From positions 372,001-436,000 of the forward strand of contig JAQGDQ010000142.1 in NCBI GenBank assembly GCA_030141605.1: a stretch of 64,000 nucleotides of DNA. The letters are read 5' to 3'. The notes under the pieces are model-generated. The model saw only the letters and a program-made list of their open reading frames with translations. It made no database searches and had not been told where the DNA came from. Source of the DNA: Tubiluchus corallicola. Its lineage: Eukaryota > Animalia > Priapulida. Shown piece by piece: positions 1 through 13,607 of this stretch (positions are counted from its first letter, which is position 1; each line of letters begins with the position of its first letter). The position numbers were made by a program, and so were the translations under genes.

Positions 1-133
<133 letters not shown>

Positions 134-306
134 AAATATACGGCATATGACATTAGCCAAAGATTGGTGTGTGCCTAGATAATGATCAGTGTAATACCGC
201 TTACATACAACACGATTTGAGGAGAGTCGAGATTTCACCTATTATTGTTTAAAATGGCAGTAAACAAAATATTTATTGGTCATCACTAATTTTAATTTTA
301 TTCCAG

Positions 307-3300
307 AAATGGTGTAACAGAAGTTGAACTTGATAACTTGTTGTCAAGCGATAATGTGGTACTGGATGACGTCTATCAGTACTGGTCGCCTCCAGTCAAA
401 GATCTCATACGGATTCCTCCAATCTTGTGGACACGTCTGAGGAGCAATATACAAGATTATCTGGTCGAGAGCCAGGCAGATGGGAAAACAGTTTTAGTCC
501 TTTATCACATGTAACTATCCATATCCACAAATATTATCCATTTTTCAAAATTCCATTGGACCTAATCAGAAACTTTTGAGAGGTGAAACGTGATTCAGCT
601 GTCTATTAAAAACTATTTAAAGATACAGCTTTGCAGACACAATGGTCATTTCATTTGCCTTACTATCCCACTAAGATATCTGGTACGAGTACACTCTGTT
701 TTCTTAAAACAATATTAATAACTCTTGAAATAGCAGAAAATGTTTTTTGCAGGCAATTTATTGAAGTTGCAAAAAGCATGTACCTTGACACTGAGGCAAA
801 GAAAAAAGAGATACACTCAGAAATGGCACATTTATTTCTTGGAACATGGAGCAATGGACGAAAGAAAGAAATTCACTTGACTCACAGAAATGAAACGAGC
901 ATGGCAGATAGAAAAGTGGAACCGCAACCGTTGATGTTTGCAGAAAACGTTTACAATTTCAGAAAACTTAGACAACTTCCCTACCACCTCATTAAAGCTG
1001 CAATGATAGACGAACTGATGGAACACTGTTTTGGTATGATTTTAATACTTTTTAAAGTAATACTGTATTTTCAGCAGCTTGTTTGTCAGAGTACGGAACA
1101 ACTTGTTTGATTATACCAACATTCCAACAAGCAAAATGTAGTGGGCACTTTACGAACTTGTTGTCAAATGTTTAAAGTGCATGAAACACACCTTATGTTT
1201 ATGAAGCTTAAATGTTTGCAATTGAATATCAGTCAGATAAAGTCAGCAATTTCCAATAAAAACTGTACATATGTGCTAACTACATACGTACAGATACAAG
1301 AAACTGTAGATGGGTTGCAATCACAGATCTATGGTTGCAAATTGCGACACATTTTAAACTTCTGACAGTTGTTATAGTTTAATTTAATTTTCAGGAAATT
1401 ACACCTGGCTTAATGTCAAGCAGAAAGCCACAAATATTCAAGAAATCATAGATGATTTTAATATGTTTCTCCGAAAGATTGAAAAAAATGATGAGATAAT
1501 ACTACTCAGAGATACATTTCGACTACTCAAGCCAACAATGGAATTCCCTGGAAGTACGACGCCATTAGCTGTCGAGTTAGTTGGTCGATTAGCAGCAATT
1601 TCAGACCACTATCCGCAAGTTATTGTCAAGGTATTCGAAATTTTAAAGCAAACTTTTCTCACAAGTATTATGAAGTATAGTTTTTAATTATGGTCATACT
1701 TATTTATTATATTACCCAACTCATATTTATTATACAAAAATATTTTGGTGGATGTGAAAAAAGGTACCCAACTGTAGTATTCTGCACAGATAATAGACAC
1801 TACTAACAAATTTTCATGAGGTCAATGATGTTTTTTGAACAGCTTGTACAAGAAGCCAAATCTTGGATGGACACAGCTCCAAACACTATACTTGTTCCTC
1901 AAAATGGCTGCTTCCAATCACCGGGAGGATGTCTCAGAGCAACTCTGATTGGTCACACGGGTGGCATTAACGATATAGACATTAGCAGAGATGGGAAATT
2001 GATGGTGACAGCATGCGAGGACAGCACATCAAAGATATTTGACCTGACAACAGATTCCGCAACGCATACACTTTTGCACCCTGGTATTATATTAAATGTT
2101 TGTAAATTATTAAACAAACGATTGTACAAGGGACACATGAACTAATCAATTGCCAAACACACAATGAAAATGCAATTAGCCTCAGGATAAAAAAGGCAAG
2201 TTGTACTAGCTTGTAAGTATTGAATCAAGTACTAAGCCCTGGAAAGGTTATGGATAAAAAATTAATCACTAAATGGTTGCAGGTTTTACGCATTAAATGT
2301 AGATGCAAGAAAGTTCAAATGTGACTGAGGTAAGTCAAGTGTAGACATAGACATTCCAAGCACTTTTTGTTAAATCAAATATTATTCCAAACTACAGCCA
2401 AATAATGATTGACAAAATTTTCCAAGAAATGCATTTAATTCACTTCCAGTAGGATCTATATGAAAGCTTATATCCTGCCGTAAGGTAAGCAAAATAGAAT
2501 ACACTTGGCGGTACATATAAAGATCTTATGATATGGCAGCACGGAAAGAAATGGAAAACAGGGACTAATTATATGCATATAATGTCAGCATAATGTGCTT
2601 TGTTTTGTGCTAATCAAATAAAAAATTTCTTTTATTTAGATTCTGTGTATTGTGTTAACATAGCAGAAGAATGCGAAGTAGTTGTAAGCTACTGCAAGGA
2701 TACCCAAATACGAACATGGGGAATAGAAAATGGAAGATTGTTCAAGATTATTCAAATAGATAGTCTAACAGCTCCAGAGAAACCCCTGATCAAGTGAGTA
2801 GCTCTTGTATGTCTTTCACACACTACGGTACATACTATAGTGAGAATACCATGATGGTTTAAACACGTGACGACATGATGTAGTTCTGAAAGAGACCAAG
2901 ATTTGGAAATTAAGTGTATTTCTAATTATTTTCATAGACTAATAGATGGCGAAGCTATGCTACTGTTTGCTGACAAAGTACATCTCAGATTTGTCAATTT
3001 TGAGGGAGACGAAAGACAAACGTTCATCTTAAGGGATCTAAACGACATGATTTGCGAACTGCAGGTTACTGCTGATGGGAAAAACATAGTGACTGGTCAT
3101 GAAAGTGGAGCAGTGAAGGTACTTCAGATGTGAACCATGTATTAACAGCGTCACAAGATAAAGTTATGAAACTCATCAACCAGTGGCGGCTCGTGTACAT
3201 GTACTGTGGTACTGCAGCACCCCCTGTTTTCATCCATTATTATCGAAAATATTCAATGTAAAAATCTTTTTTTCTTTAGCTCTTTTTTTATACTTGTGCA

Positions 3301-6300
3301 GAAACGGAGCATGTGAGGAAAGTATAATTTGCTTCACAGCCCAAACAACTCGGTGTTTGGCTGCTGTGCGATTGATGTTGCACTTTAGGTAGAAAGAGCA
3401 CTGTTGCTCACTGCAGTGCATGTTGTCAGTTGTCACATGCTTAAAAGCCGTGTATCGGCATATTCTTGAACTGCGACAATTTAGGCTATACATAAGAAAA
3501 CAATATTTTTTGTTTAGGAGTTTATCAAGGTTATGTTTTAATTAGTTTGTTTAAAATTACAATTACAACATTAAAATTACATGTTCGTTTTATTTTACGC
3601 AGTATTAAAACAATTTTAGCTAGAAGCCGCCACTACTATCAACACAATTCAGGTGCCTCAGTGCATGCTTATAATATGATATTCAAATGTTGTTTTCAAA
3701 GTGCAAAATGAACAAAGTTAATTCACAGTTAATGTTGTTATCATTGTGATGTAACGAGATGTTTTTCAACATTCTTAGGTCATCAACAGTAAGATGCTTG
3801 ATATTTCTTTTGAGTTGGAAATTCATGAAGATGAAGTGACAGCTTTGCTTCCTCTCGGATACACAAAATTTGCTACGAGTTCAAAGGACAAATCCATTGC
3901 CATAATTAACGTTGCCACAGGAAAAATACAGAATTGGCTCAGAGAGTTACCTTCACCAGTTAAGTGCATGTCATTCAACAGAGACAGTAATATCATTGCA
4001 GTTGGTTGCGGAAACGATGTGTACTTGTGTGGTACTACTCCCCTCAAAATCTTAAAAAGGTGCGTTCATCAGTGTTCAACAAAACACACTTGCACAATCA
4101 GGCCACTTCTATTTCAACTGCAGTAATACAGAAAGATGATGCAGTAACCAGAAATTAACAAAACACTGTGGATAAATTTTCTGTAGTCAAGGTATTACCG
4201 TTATTTTTTCAGTTTTACTGCTCATGGAGATGTCATCAATCAATTAAGCTTTGTGGAACTTACTAAGAACAATGTCAACACCAACAACAATAACAAAAAT
4301 GCTAGAACACAAAGTCACATCAAAGACTTACTTTTGGTATCTGCTTCAAAAGATGAAAGCTTGAGGGTATGGAAAATAAATGAGCGAGAGATAAAAATGA
4401 CTAATCGACTAACAGGGATGATGGTAGATGTAAATCATATGCTTGTAAATGGTGATCTAATTGTTTCCGCATCAACTGAATCACAGGTAAAAAGCAACAG
4501 TCAAACATCACAGGTTATGCAGCAAATAACATAGCTGCCTCTACTTGGTATTATTTAAACAGAATTATCCAACAATCTATGTATAATGTTGGATTATGCG
4601 GTATCAGTGTAGTTTGGGAAATACTGGCTTTTCACAATTATGACAATATCAAGTTGAATAATCAATGCAGACTTTTGTTGTAATATGCGAAGACAATACA
4701 AAGCCCGAGGCACAACTGCTTGGAATCTTTTAATAACAGGAATAAAAGTGAAATACCATTCATCAGTACAGTTGAATCCATTTGTTCATGTTATTAAAGA
4801 TCACAAGTCTCAGGAGAGCACTCTCATACTTTGAAGCCTCATAAATTAATGTTCGGTGTACATGTGCTTTGTGCCCGTATTTCAGGAAATCCTGTATAGA
4901 GCTTCAGCTACCTAAACTTTCACATGGAGATTTTTATGTTACCCCTGTAATTTCTACTGCTTAGTTATTTTATGTTGCTTGTTTTGCATGTGATACACCT
5001 ACAGTACATAAAATTATGGGATGCAACTCCAGATTTCACACATTCAACACCAATGTATTTGGATGACGGAGTTATGCCACCAATTTGGACGTCGAATGGC
5101 AGCTGCGTCATAACACAGGACAGCAACCTCAGGTAAACAAGCATATGAAGTGTAGGTAACGTGGAGTACTGCGTGGTCATTTTGTACATTGTCTAATGTG
5201 ATTACTTTATTTGATATGATATTATTATTTTATATCATTATTATATTATATTTTTGTTCATACTATGTAATGTAATTGTAAATTGCTACTAGTTAATTGT
5301 TGAACAGACTAGTAACTACAAATAACCAGGTCTTGATGTCTCTTTGGAACTTGGATTTTTATTGCTTTTTGTTGGATTTTTATTGGATTTTAACAAAATA
5401 AAGGCGACGGAATATCATTTATACATTGTATTGGTGTATCACGTTTTTCTTAGTAAGACTGTAAACAATCAAGTCACATTTTGCTATATCAGTTGCTATC
5501 GTATGTTTATTTACTGACAAATCTTTAATTCTGTGTATTGTTATTTCATTTGTTTGATTTTACGTGTTTATGCATCAACATTTTTATAATGAGTTAAGTA
5601 TTACTGTGTATTCATAATACACCTTGGACTTTCTGTTGCAGGGATGTAAATATTCACAATATGGCAAAAGGAGAGCTAATCGGCAAGCTTAATTGTGACA
5701 AGCGCCAGATAACTTGCTACGCCGTTTCAGCAGACGATAAGTATTTGATTTCAGGAGGGAAAGACAAGCACGTTAGAGTAAGAACTATTGAAGATGGGAG
5801 GCTTCAAGAATTTGAAGTTGATGATGATATACTGTTTCTAAGTGCACATAAATTACAACCCAAATTTGCAGTGTGTGTGAAAAATAGCAAAACTATAATA
5901 ATATCTATTGGTAGTGAACAAATTGAAATAAGTGACAACAAGTTAAATGCTGGAGAAATTGTTACGGCTTTTCTTCTTACTGAAAATTTGATATTTGGCA
6001 CAAATAAAGGTCGTCTAATTGTAAAAGAGTGCAGTACTAAAGCATCAGTCATACTTGCGACAAAAACAAGCGTTGAACTTGTCAAGCAACTCGCATCTTC
6101 GAAAGACGACAGATATATTGCCATTGCCGGAGAAGGGCAGACAACAATAAATGTGTGGGATGTGACAAAAAAATCTGCAGTCTCTATAAAATCAGACGCC
6201 TTATCTGTCACAGCATTGGCAATATCCGAGGACGGATCGTTTGTTGTTGGAGGAACACGCCAGCGAGGAATGGTAGTGTGGTCAAGAGAACAAGGCGAAG

Positions 6301-6587
6301 AAGTTACAAGAATATACGTGTACTCTCCTGTAACAGCACTGTCCATTAACGAAGACCTAATCTTTGTCGGCACAAGGCTAGGATTCCTCGGAAAATACAG
6401 ACTACGTCAAGCGAGTGACATTGTAAGTGACAACACAAGTGCATCAAAAACCTCAATATTACATGATGAAAGTAAAACAGAAGTGTCGTTTAATGAACCT
6501 AATGAAGATAAACGAGTGACAGATTTGAATGTTGACAACCGTGCAGGAAGAGCACCTCAGTCATCAAGTACTTGTGTAGTATTATAG
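307..6587 (+). CDS. NWD1: NACHT and WD40 repeat protein, NWD1-like (3' portion; 5' exons lie upstream of the window); C-terminal CaaX
   Basis: Phase-compatible GT-AG exons: 307-510, 753-1033, 1395-1630, 1843-2083, 2640-2793, 2938-3118, 3779-4059, 4213-4486, 5005-5132, 5642-6587. The first reads NGVTEVELDNLLSSDNVVLDDVYQYWSPPVKDLIRIPPILWTRLRSNIQDYLVESQADGKTVLVLYH and the next contains EPQPLMFAENVYNFRKLRQLPYHLIKA, both typical of the post-NACHT helical region of NWD1/NWD2. WD40 repeats follow (GHTGGINDIDISRDGKLMVTACED, LVSASKDESLRVWK, YLISGGKDKHVRV). Ends ...SSSTCVVL*. NWD1 versus NWD2 orthology needs a tree. Confidence 0.88.
3181..3635. mobile_element. Non-autonomous hAT-like MITE in an NWD intron
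   Basis: Termini CAGTGGCGGCT ... AGCCGCCACTA are inverted repeats; 8-bp flanks TCATCAAC / CTATCAAC match 6/8. Confidence 0.7.
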
Positions 6588-8814
6588 AGCTTGAAAAACT
6601 TTACAGTGTAATGGAAATGGCTATGTTGACACAAAGCCAATAAAACATCTTCGAAAAACTGTCCATCCATCTTTAGACGCCAAGATAGGAATTTGAAATG
6701 CACTCTGTACTTAGTAGCATGCAGTATTGACAAAAAAATTTAATTATATTTCAAGGCTACAATCTCTGAACACTCTTTAGCTCTGTTATACATGTATGAC
6801 TTATGCCCAAATCACCTCATGGCCATTTACACAGAATGACCAGTATAAAACAGTTAATGTCAGTTAAGAGTGACATGTTTATTACACACGTCTAACATAG
6901 TCAACATCACCTTAATCGATCAGTCACAGCCGAATGCGATTGGCTGTATATGACAGAAGCAAACTAGTGATAACCTGTGCCTTTCGCATCATTACATCTG
7001 CAACTTTGTCGATAAGGAGAAAGGGTAAAAGGAGAAAAATTTACCTGATAATTATAATAAAAGTTCCCGATCAGGTCTGATAAAATCTGTTGCACTGTGC
7101 TAATACAATAACTTACAGACATTATAATGTAGCCAGGTAAAAAAAGATTGCTTCCAGTGCAATTTAGTTGTTTGACTAGAGTATACAGTGTGTAATATAC
7201 GAGATGTGCCTTTTACATACCACATTACGTTTACAAATGATAAGTTTACACCAAGTTGAAATATTTGTTTGTTTTTATATTGAAGTCTACATGAATAATA
7301 ACTTGATATATATTTTTTTTAGTTTGAGTAATTACATAGAAGTACTGTGGGATTTTACTGATTCATAAGTAGTTATTATTGCTATTGTTACTTTTAATAA
7401 TATCTTTCATCAAGCATCACCTCTGATATTTTTATTGATAAAATTTAATGACACAACTGCCTGAGAAAATCAGTGAACCAAAAGAAAAAAACTGAGATTG
7501 TCAGCCCGGACTTCTGACCTACTGACTTCTAATTTTACTTCTGGTCACATACAGGGTAGATTAAAAACTCACTATACACTTTTTATTCTAAGTATTTGTT
7601 AACAAAACAAATGTTTGAAAATTGGTACAGATGAAGGAAAACCTTGGCCAATTCTTTTAATCAAATTAGACGAAAATTTTAAAAGAACTACTGTACTGGT
7701 AGACTTTGCTGTTTTCATTACGTCCTTCTGGGATGTCGAGAGTCTCAGAAATAAATGCAGTAGCAAGTCGGGCATCTTGCATTGAGAAAGTCTCTCACAG
7801 CTCATGAGTTGTGAGGAAGGGCTGCACTTTAGTCAAAAAACTACATTGTTAATAGTGAGAGAAGAGTGTAGTCCATATATGCTGCTCTGAACTGTCGGTG
7901 AACTTCAGTTGGTGATTGAAAGATTTCATGCCAGGTTCATTTTGCACCTCATTTTTAGTGTTACCGTCATCGCCATAGCAATATGTTTCCAGTCAAAAAA
8001 TAAACAAAAATCGTCACAGGCCCTTTTTGATTCATATAAGATCAAGCTGAGATTCAAGCAAAATTTAAAAAGAAAATCAGAAATCAAAGTGTATGCTGAT
8101 TTTTCAGCAGTGATGGTTACATTCTGACATGTTGCTTTTAAATAATGTGGGTAATTTTCAGCTGTTCTCAAGTACACCAAATGTGCAGGTTCCACTGACA
8201 CAATTTCATTCGGTTAGAAGTACAGTGCAGGTGTCAGCACAGCAAATACATTAAAAAAATGTGGAGTATTTAACTATAGCGCGAAAAAATAAGCAAACTA
8301 ACATCTTTTCCAAAACGTCTGTGCATCAAGAAAATGACGCATAAAAATAAAATGCTTATGTCCAGTGAGAACTAATGGATGAGAGAGATCTTTTGTGCTA
8401 TAGCAGCACATACAATGCAACCAATTCTAAAATGGCCCGGTATACAAACACGTGCTCACAAATTATCTAAAAGTTGGTATGTACTGAAAGTACGCGATAT
8501 TGTACTATGAGTGACATCAACATCTTAGGTGCAAAGATCACTAATTTTATAGGAAGAAAATTTAAGCACCAAATAAGAAGTTACAAAAGCATAACTAGAA
8601 AAGATTTTGTCAATTTAACACTGACAATAACAGCCATAACAGTCACTCTTTTTTGTACTTACAGGATGACTGCCTAGCTGACCAATGAGGGAAATCTTAT
8701 TTCAACACAAAATTAAATTGTAACAGAGCTCTGATTCTCTTCACTCCGTTTTTCAGTCTGTTACTAAGCAAAGACATTGTTAATTAGGATGACATGTCCA
8801 CGAACACACAATAA

Positions 8815-10386
8815 TCATGATCCTACGTTCTCTTGAAAACGAAACCAGTCACTTGCTATTTTCCACACATTTGCCTGCGATGTCAAAACAAAATTTTGAT
8901 GAAATGAAGCAGTTTTGTGGCCTTCGTATCTAACCACGCCGGCAGTCACAACCAATATTGTAGTTTGACCTTCAGTGGCATTACCTAAAGGGAAAAAAAT
9001 TCAATAGCAGGCTCAACAGCAGGTGAAATTATCATATAAAAATACATTATTTTATGTAATAAAACTAATACATTACTATTTACAGCATTTTTGCAATTAG
9101 GCCTACAAAATAACTATGAATAACAGTATTTTTCTATGCATAAAGGTTAAATTAAGACCTGCCATTATCACAAGATGTTGTATGGTCTGATAGTCACGGC
9201 ACTGACCATAATTCACAAAAACACTATTTCGAATCCAGACTCATTTTCGACTTCTTCTCATTTCTTTCCCTGCAGATGAGTTAGGTTTCAAAAACTTAAT
9301 AATTGTGGGATTTTCAATCATAATAAATGCTTTATTACTATACACTTGAAATAGCTAGCTTTTCAGTTTCAGAAATTCTGTATTGGTTCAAAAATATTAT
9401 GCAGGTTTTCTTTATGCATCAGGTTTGCTGTCTTTTCCCAGTCAGAGGATAACTTGAGAACAGCACTTAATTTAACAAGAAGAAAAAACAAAATGTCTAA
9501 AAATCATGTGGTGGTAAGCAAATACTTTTTGACATAATTTATTCTTAAACTGAAAGAGGTCAAAGAAAGATACTCTTACCTGTGACAGGCTGAGCATCTA
9601 GGGACTCAATTGTATGATTGGTAGGTGGAAGTTGCTCCAAAAATGTGTTAATTTTGTCGACACCTTTTACATTGTTACCGTTCCATACCAACTCCGCCCC
9701 ATCCATGTACAATTTATGTAACATCTACAAACAAGGTATTTTCCTGTCAAATTGGAATCGCAAGGTACGGTAAGTGAGGCTACTACCTGTTGCAATATAA
9801 AAATATTACAAGGCCTAGATTTTGCATAAAGTCAGGTTTGCTACGAAATCCACCTTGTAACACAAGAAGCATCGTATAATCTCTCCACCAATTATCAACA
9901 ATGCACGGATGTCCCATGCAGGTGTTTTGATTATATAAACACAAAACAGTTGATGATGCGAAAACAACAACATTGGCAGTCTGGATTATCTCAGTGGGAA
10001 GTGGAAAAAGTTGGAATGTCAAATTGCACCATCCCTATTTTGTTTGACTGCAGTCTTTCTAAATCAATAATCCGCCATTTATGTTTTATGTGATGTTGAC
10101 CATTTCTTTTTTGTTCTGCGCTTATTTTTTCTGCAATTCCCAAAAAGAAACAATTGCAAACATCAGTTTTTTTACTAAACGATATTTGAGAAGACCAACC
10201 ATTGCGAAATTATGGTGAGTGTCACTAACCCTTGTGAAGTGTGAAAGACTAACCTCAAAAAATTGAACCACATCAACATCTATGAATTGAACTTACGTGT
10301 CGTCGTTTATCAAAAGTTTCATAATAACGCTTGGAGAATTCTTCGCCTGCTTCACAAGCTTCGTCTATTTTATTTTGAGCACTCAT
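8815..10386 (-). CDS. NXT1: NTF2-related export protein (NXT1/NXT2, p15)
   Basis: Exons 10386-10297, 9724-9580 and 8984-8815 with GT-AG junctions and matching phases give [30 protein letters not shown] / [48 protein letters not shown] / [59 protein letters not shown] hallmarks present: DKRR, LVWNGN, F.QNF.LT, WKIASD.FRFQ. Not present in the ORF track. Confidence 0.93.
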
Positions 10387-10592
10387 TATGCCAAGTCACC
10401 ATGAATTAGAAAACACCTCTTAAAATATACTGCAATAACAATCAAAATTTAACAAGTATTACTCTTAGCATTCATTGCAGTACATTATCAATACACACAG
10501 ATTCAGTACAATGTATTTCTTTACAATAACACATATTAATGTCAAAATGTATAGCTGAGGAGGCTGCTACGAGGAGACATCAGCGAAATCAG

Positions 10593-11128
10593 CATAAGTC
10601 CACAATTAAGCTTTTCTAGTTATTCATATACCCTGAATCTCTATATCATGAGGATCATTTTGATACCAAGCTCATTGCTCTATGTTATTTCTAAGATGAG
10701 ATAATCAACATTGAAATTGAGGTGCATGCTATGCACTGAAAAACGTAATCTAGAGAAAATCGCTGTTAAAGTCAGCCATTGTTTTTTGTTGCATCTCTAC
10801 AAAACACTTAGCAACCGTACGAAAGTGTGGTTGCTATGGATTTTACAAGAGCAAATGGCTTCTTCCACAAGCTACAATCAGAGTTAGAAAATACAAGTTT
10901 TTTTTACAATTGCATACTAGTTTCTAGTCAGAAAAGTGGGTAAGGAATTATAAAATTAGATTTGTAGTATTTTTTGGGCATTCTCCTGATAATTTGATGC
11001 TAGAATATAAAACTTTAATAAAAGTCCAATATATTTAGCATTTTTCATAAAGAATAAAAAATAGACATTTGACCAAATTTTTGGTGCTTTCTACTTTGAA
11101 ACATCATAACGTAGTTTCAACTATGCCA
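10593..11128 (+). mobile_element. Dispersed non-autonomous DNA element, family A, copy 1 (ends eroded)
   Basis: Shares CAATTAAGCTTTTCTAGTTATTCA...CATGAGGATCATTTTGATACCAAGCTCAT with 39182-39620 and, in reverse complement, with 28836-29453. Boundaries approximate. Confidence 0.8.
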
Positions 11129-11409
11129 ATATTCAACAAATAATATAGATTAATTAAAAATTGTTTTATAAGGAACTGCGTAAACAATGAACGAAATACT
11201 GATCATGTTAAATATTCTTGCAAATATTTTTTACTAGTAATATCTATGCCTTTGCCTCAGTTTCTCACATTTTTCTCAAAAGCAAAAACAAATTGGTGCA
11301 AGCGTCTACCTTTTGACGTCCGAGGAGTGAAATCGGCGTGGTCAAGTTCTGTTTATTTCACAGTTCACTTCGCTCAAACCTTTGGCTCTAAGCCTCTACC
11401 ACTTATTAT

Positions 11410-12421
11410 TAGGGGTGAGCATTCTCTACCAGAAAGCGAATTCGAATCGAACCGAACTTCAGTATTTTGAATTCGAATTGAGATCAAAAGATGTTCGAAC
11501 CACCACAAAAATTAGTCTTACAAAGATCATGCATATCACAGATTTGTTCTGCAGAAACACAAACAAAAACCAAAACACACAAAACAACAACAACAACAAA
11601 AACAAAACAAACAACAAACAACACAACAAAAAAACCCAACAACACCAACACAACCAACCAACCACCACCCCTACTTATTATTAGGGGTTAGCATTCTCTA
11701 CTAGAAAGCGAATTAGAATCGAACCGAACTTCAGTATTTTGAATTCGAATTGAGATTCAAATATGTTCGAATCACCAATATAAATTTGTCTTACAAAGAT
11801 CATGCATATTAAAAGACTTTGTTCTGCAGCAAAACTACTAATAACTTGTTTAAAAATTGTGCACAGAAATCACAGCTAACTTAGCTAATTGCATGATGAT
11901 TCAAACGTTTAATGATAAAGAACATAATTATGTGGTTGAAGTGCTGAATTATCGAATTCGATTCGAACGAGTTTTTTTAGTTCGAATTCGATTTCAAGCC
12001 TAAAATCATGAATTGGAATAATTTAGCAAATATTCTTTATTATTAAAATGTTCGAAAAAGCATGCAATTAGCACAATTTAGCTGCAGTTTCTGTGCAAAT
12101 TTTTTAACAAACTAATAGTGGTTTTACTGCAGAACAAAATCAAGCAATATTCATGATCTTTGTAAGACCACTTTTACTAGTGGTTCGAAAACTTGTTCAG
12201 AAATCTTTCAAACTCAATTCAAATTCGATTCAGATTCGAAATATTGAAATTCGGTTCGATTCGAATTCGAAAGTCACAAATTCGATTCAATTCGAATTCG
12301 ATTTCTAGCAGGAAATGCTCACCCCTACTGAATTATTTGAGTCCATAGTTTTAGGTTCGAATGGAATTCGAAATAAAAGGACTCGTTCGAATCGAAGTCA
12401 AACATTCGATGCTCATCCCTA
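11410..12421. mobile_element. Cluster of TTCGAA-rich hAT MITEs (family B): tandem copy 11410-11672, copy 11681-12421, nested inverted copy ~11952-12327
   Basis: TIRs TAGGG(G/A)TGAGCAT. The 8-mer CTTATTAT occurs at 11402-11409, 11673-11680 and 12422-12429; the inner copy is flanked by CTGAATTA at 11944-11951 and 12328-12335. Confidence 0.85.
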
Positions 12422-13607
12422 CTTATTATTATAATTGTATTTCTTCAATTTCTTGTAACTTTTATCTACAATAATGACTTTACTAACGTCATTAAAAAGC
12501 ATCCATCTTTAGCTAAACATCACATCAATGTTACCTCTGGCTGACCTTGCCTATCGCTGGCCACCCCCATTTGCTTAAACTGTTCTGGAAGTTGCATATG
12601 TAAATTGTGTAAGCTGGTCATGACGTGTGAACTGGTCATGCACCATGCCTTTTGATATGCATGGTTAGGTAGTTTTGCTGTTAGCTAGGTCTGCTTGTAT
12701 ATATTAGCTAGTTGACTGTGTAAAATTGTATCTCATGAGTTTTGACAGCTTCTTTCTAAAATTCAAGAATATGCTCTAATTCCAAGAGTTTGTTTCCATG
12801 AAAGATTGTGTGTTTGCTCAAGATTTGCACATGTTTTTGCAAGTAGCATTATTATTAGTTTTGCATTATTGTTATTATTATTATGATTTTTTGTTTCTTA
12901 AATTTTTTGCTGAAAGTTAAACAACACTGTGACTACATCTATAGTGGGTGGGTGATCACTTGCTTTTGTGTACTGTAATATTTTCTGTACTGTTCTGTAC
13001 AGTTAAACTGATTATAACTGTTATGCATGCTATCCATTACGTTTTTTAGATTCACCTGTGGCTTGAAACTACATCTTGTTATTGAGTAAAAATAATACTG
13101 TACAACTAAGAAAATTGTTAGCTGTTTTATTCATGAGTCTACGCATACACACATCAATCAATTATTATTTACTTTCATGATCAAAAATACCGAATTGCAT
13201 AGGAAAATCATCATTATCATTTTACGCTCATCATGTCTGTTACAGACAATGGGTAGGCACAATTCTAAGATAAAGGAAATCTGCCCTCAAGACAGGTAAA
13301 CATGGCATAAATCCAAAATTAGACATAGAAAAATGAAAGCCTTTGAATAGTTTTCTTTGAAAATACTGTGAGTATGCTGAACAAACTTCATCCGTAAGGA
13401 TGAGCCACCAAGCAAGGACATGGTGCCAGGGTTTCTTTAAAGACTATTTTATTCATGAGTCACTTTTCATGTTAAATTCTTTATTCAACATTTTTCTTTT
13501 TCTGAGATTTATGCAATTTCCGGTGTACTCGTTTCAATGCTTCCCAATTTTCACTTATTGGTGCGTCGGGAATGTCGCGTTTTCACATTCATTTTGGTCG
13601 TATCAAA

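Noticed and set aside
5804-6373. 189-aa minus-strand ORF
   Set aside because: Antisense shadow of the large NWD terminal exon; no recognisable motif.
11382-11691. Asn/Gln/Thr-rich and hydrophobic ORFs
   Set aside because: They come from the A/C-only tract inside a MITE.
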